Of a stretch of 44,300 nucleotides of DNA, positions 23,621 to 35,923 are shown piece by piece. The position numbers and the translations under genes are program-made. Positions within the stretch are counted from its first letter, which is position 1, and every line of letters starts with the position of its first letter. Under the pieces are notes generated by a model. It was not told the origin of the DNA and searched no databases. It worked only from the letters and a program-made list of their open reading frames with translations. The stretch is from Octopus bimaculoides (lineage: Eukaryota): assembly GCF_001194135.2 (NCBI RefSeq), contig NC_068998.1:27770343-27814642 (forward strand), in the 5' to 3' direction.

Positions 23621-23832
23621 TTTATTCTTGTTTCAGTCATTTGACTGCAGCCATGCTGGACCACCGCCTCAAAGGGTTTTAGTCAAGGAAATCTACCCCA
23701 GGACTTATTCTTTGTGAGCCTAGTACTTATTCTTTGTGAGCCTAGTACTTATTCTATCGGCCTTTTTGCCGAACTGCTAGATTACGGGGACATAAACACA
23801 CCATCAATGGTTGTCAAGCAATGGCGAAGGAA

Positions 23833-23875
<43 letters not shown>

Positions 23876-24030
23876 CGGGCTTCTTCCAGTTTCCGTCCAT
23901 CAAATCCACTCACAAGGCTTTGGCTGGCCCGAGGCTACAGTAGAAGACACTTGCCTAAGGTGCCATGCAGTGGGACTGAACCCGGAACCACGTGGTTGGG
24001 AAGCAAGCTACCGCACAGCCACGACTGCAC
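23621..24030 (-). mobile_element. tRNA-derived SINE (OK-like) with internal (CA)n, near full length
   Basis: Minus-strand head GTGGCTGTGCGGTAGCTTGCTT..GGTTCCGGGTTCAGTCCC, CORE-like GGCACCTTAGGCAAGTGTCTT, internal microsatellite. Related pieces at 31325 and 44020. Confidence 0.85.
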
Positions 24031-24476
24031 CCTGTGTATTTATCATTATTTATTCATAAGAAAATGCAGGCGTGAGCAAGTGATATGGTAAGATCTCTTT
24101 CTTTCACCCCATTCTTTGTGCATGTGGGAGCGTGCGTACGTCTTTGTAAAAGTGTTTATTTTTTGCGAGCATTTGATGAAGGTAATTGAATGGAGGGAAA
24201 GATACTTTTTCTATGCAAGGTGTTTTCGATGAAACACCTTGAAAGTGAGCTGGAGTTAGTGTTCCTACTATATGTAGTTGTGCCATTAAGCAGGATAGCA
24301 TATCCCCTCCTCCTTTATCCACCCTTCATTGTGAAATTGATAAAAATCTTGTTAGAAATTGGGATCGCATAAAAGAACAAGACAGGTGTTAATAGACACC
24401 AGCTGAAGCTGTGTTTCATCTCTGTTACTTGTGTTCTCAATCTCATTATTATCGTTTGGGGGTATTTTGTTTCATA

Positions 24477-25130
24477 GTTTAAGTTTTTGTCCAATATGAT
24501 ATCAGAGATGTTGTCGCTGTCGCCAGCAGTGTGGTCAGGTAAAATGCAGACCTGTGCAACATAGTGTAAGAAGGAGGGTGGACAACAAACAACACAATGG
24601 TGAGGCTCTGATCAATTTGGAACAATTGAAAGCTTTCGATAAGGTCGACCATCGTTATTTGGCGGCTGTTTTCAAGGCAACCGGTTACGGTCCTCCTTTT
24701 CAGATGCCGAAACTTTTCAATGTACAGCAAATTACATATTTGGTCTCAGGTTAAATGGTCACCTATCGAACCGATTCGAATCAGTCGCTCGAGTCGATTA
24801 GGGTGACCACTCTCATCCCTTGTACTGAGCCTGGAGCGGTTCTAGAGAAATACGAGGCTATGGCAGGAACAAAGATTACCCTGGAAAAGTCGGTGGAGTT
24901 TGCAGAAAATCCATACCGACGACCAAAGTCACAGGACAGTTGGACTAACGGATCGGCCAAATTACTTGGTGACTTGTTTGGACCAGACCTCTAAATAGAT
25001 AGGAAGTGAGACGAGGTTACAAGCAGGGCGACCATTCTCGCTGAGAAATGTGCTGAGAAAAGGAAGCTAACCTTATTTGTAAGGTAGAGGGTGTTGAAAC
25101 TACATTGCTTCTGTTATATATTACCGACCG
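24477..25130 (+). pseudogene. Degenerate Tx1-clade RT fragment
   Basis: QTCA, GEALINLEQLKAFDKVDHRYLAAVFKATGYGP, NGHLSN, LEKYEAMAGTKITLEKS, WTNGSAKLLGDLFGPDL across frameshifts. Confidence 0.75.
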
Positions 25131-25239
25131 AGGTGTTTAGGTTGAGAGGACAAGACTCCCGACTTAAGTGGATGCCAGTCGGTCGCAGGGACAAATCCCA
25201 GATGTGGATATTAATTTTCAGTAGTGCTAACTAGAGCAA

Positions 25240-25345
25240 CGTGAAATGAAGTGACTTGCTCAAGGACGTATCGTGATTCCCGACACGAGAATCGAACTTA
25301 CTGTCTAATGTTCTCCCGTGAACCCAATATTCTTACCGCTAAAGC
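25240..25345 (-). mobile_element. CORE-like SINE fragment
   Basis: TGAAATGAAGTGACTTGCTCAAGGAC followed by GAGAATCGAAC (reverse complement of a B box). Confidence 0.5.
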
Positions 25346-25363
25346 ACACACCATAACTTAATA

Positions 25364-25364
25364 G

Positions 25365-25425
<61 letters not shown>
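25364..25425. repeat. (AGAT)n-(AG)n microsatellite; a second (AG)n tract lies at about 25667-25718
   Basis: Read directly. Confidence 0.95.
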
Positions 25426-25430
<5 letters not shown>

Positions 25431-25663
25431 GTTAAAATTAGTAGTCTTTTAACTGCTATTTCTAAATTTTCAGTATGTTGGTGAAGCAACTTCTGCTGAT
25501 CCCTATATGTTTATAATTATAAATGCTTTACCGATAAAGGTTTTTTTGCATACTGAACTACTTGGCAAAATTGTTAATTATTAATTTTATTAATTAATTG
25601 GCAATTTCCTGCCCTATATATCTAGATAGATAGATAGATGTGTGTGTACGCGTGCGCGTATGT

Positions 25664-25721
<58 letters not shown>

Positions 25722-26828
25722 GTGAGTGAGCGAACGAAGTCCACATTATCCAGTATGTTCCTCTTTTTTTTTTTAAGGCGGTAGGATGTGATATGATAGA
25801 TATTTGACTGCTGTTTCTAATGGGTCGAGCGACCTCATAGAGAGCCCTATGTCTACTTGTGCGGAGAGAGTTTACGCTATACACTTTAGAGACATCCTCA
25901 CAAAGCAGTTACGCTTCCTTCCATCTTCATCGCAACCATTTCATGCTCTGCGTAGCCTCCCTGCTGTTTGTTGTCTCCGCTTCCCCTAAGTATTGTTCTT
26001 CACTAAGAAGTGTCTGCGCTGCTGAAAGCCAAGTGGTAAAATCAATTGAATTGATATTTACATAGCATCCGACTGAATACAACGATGTTGTTATTCAGTG
26101 AAAGCAGACGTTAGGGGTGTTTAAGAGTGCAAGAATGTACCAGTCGGTGTTACTCAACACAGCTTGAGAAGATTTCAGTTGGTAGATGAGCAGGTGGATG
26201 ACCGGGAAGATGGGTGGGGACTGGAAATAAAAAACGATTGTCTATTTCCCCTTCTCAATATCTTTCTTTTCCTTTCTCCTTTCTCTCTTCCCCTCTTTCT
26301 CTAGTCTCTCCCCCCCTCTCTCTCTGTAACAAACTTGTTCTTTCTCTTTTTTCATATAATTCTCTCTTTTTCATAGTACACTATGAGTCTGGCGACATGT
26401 GCCATGTATATATATAAATGTGTGCGTGTATATGCATATGTATGTACGTGTATATATATATATATATATATATATNNNNNNNNNNNNNNNNNNNNNNNNN
26501 NNNNNNNNNNNNNNNNNNNNNNNNNNNNNNNNNNNNNNNNNNNNNNNNNNNNNNNNNNNNNNNNNNNNNNNNNNNNNNNNNNNNNNNNNNNNNNNNNNNN
26601 NNNNNNNNNNNNNNNNNNNNNNNNNNNNNNNNNNNNNNNNNNNNNNNNNNNNNNNNNNNNNNNNNNNNNNNNNNNNNNNNNNNNNNNNNNNNNNNNNNNN
26701 NNNNNNNNNNNNNNNNNNNNNNNNNNNNNNNNNNNNNNNNNNNNNNNNNNNNNNNNNNNNNNNNNNNNNNNNNNNNNNNNNNNNNNNNNNNNNNGTGTGT
26801 GTGTGTGTATTATATATGTATGTATATG

Positions 26829-26866
<38 letters not shown>

Positions 26867-27560
26867 TTCTCTTTCCCTCTCCCGCTTCTCTCGCCCTTTT
26901 CTCTCTCTCTCTCTCTCCTCTCTCTCTCCCCTCTCTCTCTCTCTCTGCCGCTTCACACTTCTCTCTCTGTCTCTCGTTCGTTCTCCAATTCTCCAATACC
27001 TACCTCGTTGCACCTGGTCTAACCTTTTATATTTGTCCAGACACACAACAGAAAGCACAGCAAACTTTTTTTCTCTTGTCATAATTGAGAATCTGGGTTG
27101 TCTGCTTGAAATTGCTTTTTTGGATGGAGCGACAGAACTGCTATAGTCTTGTCAGCATATTCATAATGCTCCATAAAACAGGCAGCTGCGGATGAATGTG
27201 AAAGAATCACAACACGATAACAGCATTCTTGTATAGCTGTTGTCCAGCTTTTTACTATTTACAGAAATCTTTCTTCTCCAGTGCTCAAGACACGGTTCAG
27301 CAAATGTGAAGCTAATTTACCTCTGGAGGAAGCCCTAAATACATATATTAAATATATTCCTCACACAGATTACCGTAAAGAGTGAAGTAATATCTCTTGT
27401 ATAATTGTAGTAGCATTCCATGACCCATCGGGTGGGAGAGGCACCACCAATCCCTATTAAATGTGCCTCAGGTAACTTAAAGTGAACATGACATCACGTT
27501 TTAGACGTAAAATTCACACACATAAAGAATGTGATTCTATAGGGAGCAGTGCTGTCTTAT

Positions 27561-27561
<1 letters not shown>

Positions 27562-27602
<41 letters not shown>

Positions 27603-27635
27603 TCACACAAACGCACACACACACGTGTGTGTGTA

Positions 27636-27676
<41 letters not shown>

Positions 27677-27698
27677 GTGCGTGTGTGTGTGTGTGTGT
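27562..27698. repeat. (CA)n directly followed by (TG)n, forming a fold-back microsatellite
   Basis: Centre ACAC|GTGT at 27624/27625. Confidence 0.9.
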
Positions 27699-27882
27699 AA
27701 AATCTAAGGCACTGGTAGGCTGTAAAGATAAAGTATTTCCAATGCAGTACTCAACCCGAGCTTTAGGCTTCCAGACCAAAACTGAAATTCTTTGGATGTA
27801 GAAAATTCTGGTTTCACGACGGTAAAAACGTTGTGTGGTTTTAGCGAAGAATAAAATAAAATCTAAATTATTCTTTCTATTA

Positions 27883-28050
27883 AATGCACAAGGCCTGAAA
27901 TTTTAGGAGACTACATGGACCCCAGAGTTTCACTGGTACTTAATTTATCAACCACGAAAGGATGAAAGGTAAAGTCGACACAAGCGGAATTTGAACTCAG
28001 AACGTAAAGACGGACGAAATGCCGCTAAGCATTTTGCCCGACGTGCTAAT
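27883..28050 (-). mobile_element. MetaSINE-type SINE
   Basis: Reverse complement of the family consensus (GGATGAAAGGTAAAGTCGAC..GAATTTGAACTCAGAACGTAAAGACGGACGAAATGCCGCTAAGC). Confidence 0.85.
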
Positions 28051-28949
28051 TTTAACACATCCGATGCAATTGTTTCTGTACCAACTCTGTTTTCAACGCC
28101 AGTTTGCATAAAAGTTCAAAGTTAAAATTTACGTTTTAACACATTAGAGTGGCGATTCATCAAACTTGCACAATATAAGAGCGTGCGGTCGATGCAGGTC
28201 TGGCGAAGTTTGGCAGACATTATATCTTAACCTTCTTTAATTTTCTATCGTTAAAACTTCAATATGCAGAGTTGCTAGTTAAAAAAAATCTCTATATGAT
28301 ATGAAAGTAGTAACTATACTGAGAAGTAATGTTTGTCTCCTCTTCAACATGACTGTTCCATACGAACCGACGATACCACCATTTTTTAACCCCAAGAGGC
28401 CGCCTCCTCTAACTGGTTATCGCTTATTGCTCTATTCAATCTACAATATTCAATCTACAATAATATAACTACTCTACCATGAAATAATCAGTCTACAATT
28501 ACATGACTATTCTATCATCTACGAAAGAGAGGGTGTTATTGGACGTAACGGCAAGTAGATAATTGATGTACTGCAGGAAGAGCGGATTCAAAACCGAATC
28601 CTGAGGTCACCGAAGTAGATAGAATATGAAACAAATAGGGCTCCACCAGTAATAGGTTACGATAGTGCAGTCAGATAGGAAGTTACGGATACAAGACATG
28701 ACAGACAAGTGAAGCCGGGCAGTTTCGATTGGAAATTTGCATAACTGACACAGCTTTTCTAATACCGAGAACCACAACATAACTTTCACCAAATTTCTAC
28801 ATGGTGGCAGCTGGCCACTGGGTGGCAAAGAAGAGTAGGATACCGGTAGATCTGGTTCTATAGGTACCGTATTGGAGGTCGTTAGGAGAGAGAGAGAGAG
28901 AGGGGGGAGGTGAAGTGAGGTTGTTGTAGAATATCGTTATATTTTTCAT

Positions 28950-29083
28950 CACTTAAGCGTGGACGTTCTATTAGAGTAAAAAAATTCTGCGGTAGTTACC
29001 ATGAGAGAAACTCTCACATTAGCTTTCTCTCATGGTAACTAAAGCAGTATAGTTTGTTCTAATTGAACATCCGCGTTTAAGTG
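28950..29083. mobile_element. Fold-back, MITE-like element of unknown family
   Basis: Perfect 18-bp inner stem (28993-29010 / 29024-29041). Imperfect outer arms CACTTAAGCGTGGACGTTCTATTAGAGTAAA / TTTGTTCTAATTGAACATCCGCGTTTAAGTG. No TSD found. Confidence 0.6.
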
Positions 29084-29616
29084 GGGATAAATATTACCTC
29101 TCGGTATTAATACTGCCTCTGAAGCTAATAATATATTGGTATATTGTCTTTAATACATGTTATGATATTGTGAGTACGATAAGGCAATTCTTTTAGATAA
29201 TCACTCTACAATAATATAACTATTCTACCTACCATGAGACAATTTGTCTTCAATAATATGTCTATGACATTGCCAGAAGATAAAAAGTAGCGACTCAGAC
29301 ATTTTAAAGTCCTCTGTAACTGACAGGAGGAATGTAGGAAATTATCTTCCAGTCGGGTACTTTTACCTTGAATACTTAGAACAGAGCAGACTCCATTAAA
29401 AGCACCCAAACACCAAGATGTGTTAAACGGGTGACCAGATTAAGTCTACCACTCAAGAACAAGAATGGTCCATCCGGTGGGACCAATCACACAATTTTAC
29501 CTACCCAATTTCACTGAGAAGGCCTTAGACGACCAGGTGTCTGTCGCACAGCGCTATTGAACCCATATTACTCTAAAATAAGATAATCACACTACAATAA
29601 GACAATTTTGCAATTA

Positions 29617-30285
29617 TCAGGTCATCCCATAAGCTCTGTCCGAATTTTGAATAAAGAAAACAAGTGATCAAATGTTATATTTAATTGAAATTTAATCATC
29701 AATGTACTTTCTCTGATTATCTATGACTTCCTTCCATCTATTTACAAGCTTTTTAATCCCATCAATGTAAAACTCTTTTGGTTTCAAAGCGAAGAACTCT
29801 GAAATGTCAGTTTCAACCTCCTCCTGGCTTGCGAAAGTTATGTTCCTGAAATTATTCTGTAAACTGCAAAACAAATGGTTATCTGAAGGAGCAAGGTCGG
29901 GAGAATAAGGTGGATGAGGAATTTTGTCCCAACCAAACTCTTCGATCTTCTGTGATGTGATCTTTGCAGTGTGGGATCACTCATTGTCCTGATGAAACAT
30001 CACTCCTTTTCGATTCACTAAAGCGGGTCTTTTTCCCTTCAAAGCTTGGTTCAAACTCTCTAATTGCTGACAGTGGACTTGAGCATTGATTGTTGCATGA
30101 GGTGGTAACAATTCAAAGTGAATTACTCCTTTGCAATCCCACCAGATAAGAGAGAAGAACCTTTTTTCCATGAAGTTCCCTTCTTGGTTGTGGTTGAGCT
30201 TTTTCCCTTTTACCAAGCCACTGTTTACGACGTTTAACATTTCGATAGAAGATCCATTTTTCGTCACCAGTCTATTCAAAAAGGG
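29617..30285 (-). mobile_element. mariner (DD34D) transposon, 3' half with TIR, pseudogenised
   Basis: Minus strand IWWDCKGVIHFELL..HQDNE*SH..HPPYSPDLAPSDNHLFCSLQN..KYIDD*, with 34 residues between the Asp residues. TA at 29615-29616 precedes TCAGGTCATCCCATAAG. The 5' part is lost in the gap. Confidence 0.92.
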
Positions 30286-31251
30286 NNNNNNNNNNNNNNN
30301 NNNNNNNNNNNNNNNNNNNNNNNNNNNNNNNNNNNNNNNNNNNNNNNNNNNNNNNNNNNNNNNNNNNNNNNNNNNNNNNNNNNNNNNNNNNNNNNNNNNN
30401 NNNNNNNNNNNNNNNNNNNNNNNNNNNNNNNNNNNNNNNNNNNNNNNNNNNNNNNNNNNNNNNNNNNNNNNNNNNNNNNNNNNNNNNNNNNNNNNNNNNN
30501 NNNNNNNNNNNNNNNNNNNNNNNNNNNNNNNNNNNNNNNNNNNNNNNNNNNNNNNNNNNNNNNNNNNNNNNNNNNNNNNNNNNNNNNNNNNNNNNNNNNN
30601 NNNNNNNNNNNNNNNNNNNNNNNNNNNNNNNNNNNNNNNNNNNNNNNNNNNNNNNNNNNNNNNNNNNNNNNNNNNNNNNNNNNNNNNNNNNNNNNNNNNN
30701 NNNNNNNNNNNNNNNNNNNNNNNNNNNNNNNNNNNNNNNNNNNNNNNNNNNNNNNNNNNNNNNNNNNNNNNNNNNNNNNNNNNNNNNNNNNNNNNNNNNN
30801 NNNNNNNNNNNNNNNNNNNNNNNNNNNNNNNNNNNNNNNNNNNNNNNNNNNNNNNNNNNNNNNNNNNNNNNNNNNNNNNNNNNNNNNNNNNNNNNNNNNN
30901 NNNNNNNNNNNNNNNNNNNNNNNNNNNNNNNNNNNNNNNNNNNNNNNNNNNNNNNNNNNNNNNNNNNNNNNNNNNNNNNNNNNNNNNNNNNNNNNNNNNN
31001 NNNNNNNNNNNNNNNNNNNNNNNNNNNNNNNNNNNNNNNNNNNNNNNNNNNNNNNNNNNNNNNNNNNNNNNNNNNNNNNNNNNNNNNNNNNNNNNNNNNN
31101 NNNNNNNNNNNNNNNNNNNNNNNNNNNNNNNNNNNNNNNNNNNNNNNNNNNNNNNNNNNNNNNNNNNNNNNNNNNNNNNNNNNNNNNNNNNNNNNNNNNN
31201 NNNNNNNNNNNNNNNNNNNNNNNNNNNNNNNNNNNNNNNNNNNNNNNNNNN

Positions 31252-31331
<80 letters not shown>

Positions 31332-31460
31332 CCCCGTTTGAAACTTGTGTCAGGTTGTTTACGTCCCCATCATTTAGTAGTTCGGCAAAAAGTTCCGCTA
31401 GAATAAGAACCAGACTTAAAATAAGTACTGGAGGGCAATCCGTTCGACTAGAATCGTTAA
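31252..31460 (+). mobile_element. (GT)n plus the 3' part of an OK-like SINE
   Basis: GTTTACGTCCCC..TTCGGCAAAAAG..GCTAGAATAAG resembles the reverse complement of 23700-23800. Confidence 0.6.
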
Positions 31461-32321
31461 CAACTTAAAACTATGCAATACATGTTTTCATAAGAGCTAA
31501 ATTACAGACCGTATCCCGAAATCAACAGTCATACTTTATAATTTCTGTAAGTGTGAAATTCCGTAACCAGAGACTGCCATAACGCGGATGTTGTCTGTAT
31601 TTACAACTTCGTGAACGGTACCAAAGGTCAGTTGACCTCCTATAACAGCCAAATTTCTCTCACTCTTATTTAGTAATCTACTGTTCTGTTTTTTTGTTGT
31701 TGTTTTATTTTTGTTTTTTTTAAACTTGAATCGCTCCAGTCAGACAGACCGTAAAGAGGTCGACATAACTGGACCATCTGGTTTAATTCGACTAGAGCTG
31801 TTCTGAAGATGAAGCTAAACAATAAACGCGAACGATTATATAGTTTACATATAAGGGATATTACTACAGGTGTGCTATACTGTAATTATTTCCCTTGTCA
31901 TGCAGTTCTGTTGAAACCGGCGACTCCGTGTTTTTTTTGTGTCTATTACAGCAATATTTTCAACGTTCTCACATTCTTAAATGTTTGTGCTTAGACATTA
32001 CTCTTAACACAAGTGTAATTAAAAAGAAAAATATTTGTCGTGATATTTTACCATGTAGGTAGTGAGGTAAGCGGTAATATTTATTACTTTAATTAACAGA
32101 GGTTGAACGTGGAGAATGCAGCCTTCTTCCATCATTGTCATTGCACAGTAAACTCTCTCCTATCCGACACTACTTGGACCAGAGGATTTCCGGATAACTG
32201 AATTTTCCGGATTCCTGATCATCACTTCTTCAATTACCATAGCACTCACAAAACTTATTAAAACACCCTGTTTCTCCAATTTTTTTTTACTTGTTTAGAC
32301 CTATACTGGGGCACCGCCTTC

Positions 32322-32363
<42 letters not shown>

Positions 32364-35300
32364 TATATAGTATACTGTATATATATATATATATAGTACA
32401 TCTATNNNNNNNNNNNNNNNNNNNNNNNNNNNNNNNNNNNNNNNNNNNNNNNNNNNNNNNNNNNNNNNNNNNNNNNNNNNNNNNNNNNNNNNNNNNNNNN
32501 NNNNNNNNNNNNNNNNNNNNNNNNNNNNNNNNNNNNNNNNNNNNNNNNNNNNNNNNNNNNNNNNNNNNNNNNNNNNNNNNNNNNNNNNNNNNNNNNNNNN
32601 NNNNNNNNNNNNNNNNNNNNNNNNNNNNNNNNNNNNNNNNNNNNNNNNNNNNNNNNNNNNNNNNNNNNNNNNNNNNNNNNNNNNNNNNNNNNNNNNNNNN
32701 NNNNNNNNNNNNNNNNNNNNNNNNNNNNNNNNNNNNNNNNNNNNNNNNNNNNNNNNNNNNNNNNNNNNNNNNNNNNNNNNNNNNNNNNNNNNNNNNNNNN
32801 NNNNNNNNNNNNNNNNNNNNNNNNNNNNNNNNNNNNNNNNNNNNNNNNNNNNNNNNNNNNNNNNNNNNNNNNNNNNNNNNNNNNNNNNNNNNNNNNNNNN
32901 NNNNNNNNNNNNNNNNNNNNNNNNNNNNNNNNNGCTTACATCAGTATTTTCATTAATAATTCTGAATATAATAGAAATGAGAGATTAAGAAGAAATAAAA
33001 GTACATTAACATTATTAACCTAATAAAAAAAAAGCAGTTATTGTAAGTGCAATGAAATATATTACTGTGCTGCACTTTGAAAAGCAACGATCCATTTTAC
33101 ATGTAGTAGAAAGTTGCTTTTTGTGAATGATTATTGATTAATTAACACAAATTCGCACAAATTCTCCTGACTCCAATTAACAATTACATTTTCTTGCATT
33201 TATTTTTTCTTCTGGATACCTGTTGCTTGAGAGTTCCAGTAATTTGGGCACTGGATAAGAGGTAGTTTACTATAATGCCTCTCCTGAATACCTCTCGATG
33301 CAGAATCGAGAAACAATCCAATGAGATGTGACAGAACATCACCGACTTTACGTTGCTAAGTAGATGTATTTAAAGAAGCTCCCAAGCAGAGGTTGTTGTT
33401 TTATCTTTTATTCTTGTCTTTTATAAAAACAAACAGCGACATTGGCAATATAACTGCTGCACGTCTGCCTAATCTTCCATGGGAAACAGAGAAAGGTGAA
33501 TGATTGTTGTTGAAACAGCTTTTTTTTATTTATCTTCACAATCAGATAACTTACTGAATGCATACAATGTCTACACTCACCGCATTGAGGCTTATATAAC
33601 TTGTACATTTTCATCTGAGCGTCAACACCATATACATTAACATTTCTATTCATGAGGACATCTTCAATTGAATGGGGCTAGGGGTACAGTTATAGGCACA
33701 TAGCTAACTGTCCTCTCTACACGCCAATTTCTCTTCAACGATGCCTTTTTCTATAAGTAGATGTTATCTACAAACCAAAGAGAGGGCTGTTAACTGAGCG
33801 GAATATAATCCATTATAGCACACACACACACACACCTCCTCTATAATGTGGCCCATATTTACTGTGAAGCTTTTATGGGCTGAACTGTAATAAAAATAGA
33901 TATGTTCCTTTGTCTCAAAGTAAATATTCAAACACAGGAAGTAACCAAGAATATGTTTTTCATGAACTATATAAAGTTTAAGCTTTCACCTGGCATCGAA
34001 TCAGCTCCTCTCATAGCAGAAAGCTCTGACAAAAGATAAATCTGATGCAATCGTTAAGCCAAGTAGTTTAGAAATGAAGCCACCAATGAGTTTAAATGTA
34101 AAAATCTCTTCAATCTACAAAATGCTTAGCAAACTAAGAAAGAAAACAAAATTTGCTGTATTTGTTAGCGTATGAGACGCGCTTTTCTTTTTATTTTTCA
34201 AATGTGTTCAAACTTGTCCAGCGTCTAATGTGACCGTATTACTGATCGGAGCCAGATGAACATAAGTCCGCTAAAAAAAGAAAGAAGAGTATGTTAGCAC
34301 AAATAACCCACACTTATATATATAAATCTTACATTATTTGAAGACTGTGATCGTGTTTTGCGGGTCTCAGAAATATGACTAAAAGAAAATATGCTGGGAC
34401 ATGTACTGCATAAAAACGTACTTGATGCAGTAGTTAAAATTACACTGTGTTGAGTGGAGGGGGGGGGGGGTCATTTTCTAAATGTTTGATGCAAGGGAGA
34501 CAACCCCGAATTTTTAATTTAGTATTTAGTTTTTCTTTCACGTGAGATTGTCTTTTTGAGAGGCCGACTTTACCTTTAAACATTCTTGTGTCAATAAAAT
34601 AGTGAAGTACTGGCCTTGGTTAAAACCACTTCCCTCAAAATGTATGGCTTTGTGTTTATGTTACACGCCTTTCGAATTCGAAGGGATTGTAGAAACAGTG
34701 GAATACTAGACATTAGTTATGTTCCTTACATCCTGAGTGCAAGCCCTACCGGAGTCAACTTTACATTTCGTCGCACCCAAATACTAAGCTCGATCTCACT
34801 CCGAAATGCCTGATCTTGTACCAGTTCTATTTGGTTAATCACTTAACTTTTAAATTCTGGTTCTAAATACTTGTTTCTGTCACGCACTGAACCCTCGGCT
34901 TTTCAGTCATAACTGAATTATTAAATTCTAAAGGGTTGAAGATTTGTTTGATAATGTTGGAAGATGTGGATTCGGTTTCGAATCTTAGCTTAGCTATTCT
35001 GAAGCTGTTCGTTACTGAAATGTAACAGTCACTTTCCGAAAGTTGAAATTAATGAAGATAATGTCTACCAGACGACAAATATTTGCCTTAGGGTGAGGAT
35101 TCTGTTTGAATACCAATTCCAGTGCAATAAATATATAAATAGACTTCGTCGTCGTCACCAGAGGGGAAACATGTGTGAAGCGATGCAAGTATTTTCTTGC
35201 TGTATACCTCGAGCATAGTGATATAAAGTTTAAGAGTATCAGGTTGCTATACCAAAATTATATTTCTGTGTATAAAACAATAATCTTGATGTGAAATATA

Positions 35301-35579
35301 ACTCGAAATATATTCACCAATTTCTGAGCATCAAATTTACTTCAGCTTCCGACTACATTATATTCACATAGTTTCCTGATCTCCCGTCGCCAAGTTGTTA
35401 TTTTGTTTGGCACGGATTCACTAAATCTGCCAGTTAGAATTGAAATATGGCAGTAAAATGTTGCCATCAAAGAGCATCGCTTGTCTTGAAGGAGTAGAAA
35501 TCATACTTAGTGAATTGTGAGGTGTATTATAAGGTATCTTAGAAATAATTTTTTGTTTTTGTTTTGAATGAATTAATAT

Positions 35580-35621
35580 TGATTTCAAATTTTGGCACAA
35601 GACTACCAATTTCGGGGAAAG
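35580..35621 (-). mobile_element. Inverted 3' tail of the SINE that starts at 35752
   Basis: Reverse complement CTTTCCCCGAAATTGGTAGTCTTGTGCCAAAATTTGAAATC is the SINE tail (compare 23045-23080). Confidence 0.8.
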
Positions 35622-35705
35622 GGATCTATTTTAAAACGGGGGCGCCAGTATTTTCTTAACGAAACACTAACGAAACACTTTGAAACTTGGGACAATGGTA
35701 GATGT
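35622..35705 (-). mobile_element. Isolated, inverted right end of the Merlin-like MITE
   Basis: Near-identical to the reverse complement of 36370-36449, including the AACGAAACACT duplication. Confidence 0.85.
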
Positions 35706-35751
35706 TTCAATAGCTGTTTCAAAATCTCAGATAATGTTAATTAATCAGATT

Positions 35752-35923
35752 AAGGCGGCGAGCTGGGAGAATCGTCAACACGCCGGACAAAGTATTTAGC
35801 GGCATTTCGTCTGTCTTCACGTATTGTGTTCAAATTCCACAGAGGTCAACTTTACATTTCGGGGTCGATAAAATAAATACCAGTTGAATACTAGGGTCGA
35901 TGTAATTGATTTATCCTTTCCCC
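35752..35923 (+). mobile_element. MetaSINE-type SINE, 5' part, interrupted by a MITE
   Basis: Head and core present; ends in CTTTCCCC directly before the MITE TIR. Confidence 0.85.

Noticed and set aside
27041-27470. Possible plus-strand exon (TTTGTCCAG acceptor, CAG|GTAACT donor)
   Set aside because: No ORF or homology, and such sites occur by chance; it needs RNA-seq.
4860-27700. Homopolymeric or dipeptide ORFs (poly-L, poly-N, poly-Y, poly-I, HT/CV/YI repeats)
   Set aside because: They are translations of microsatellites.
30286-35500. Search for genes or structure in the 31.5-35.5-kb stretch
   Set aside because: AT-rich sequence with only decayed SINE traces (about 34540-34610); nothing supportable.
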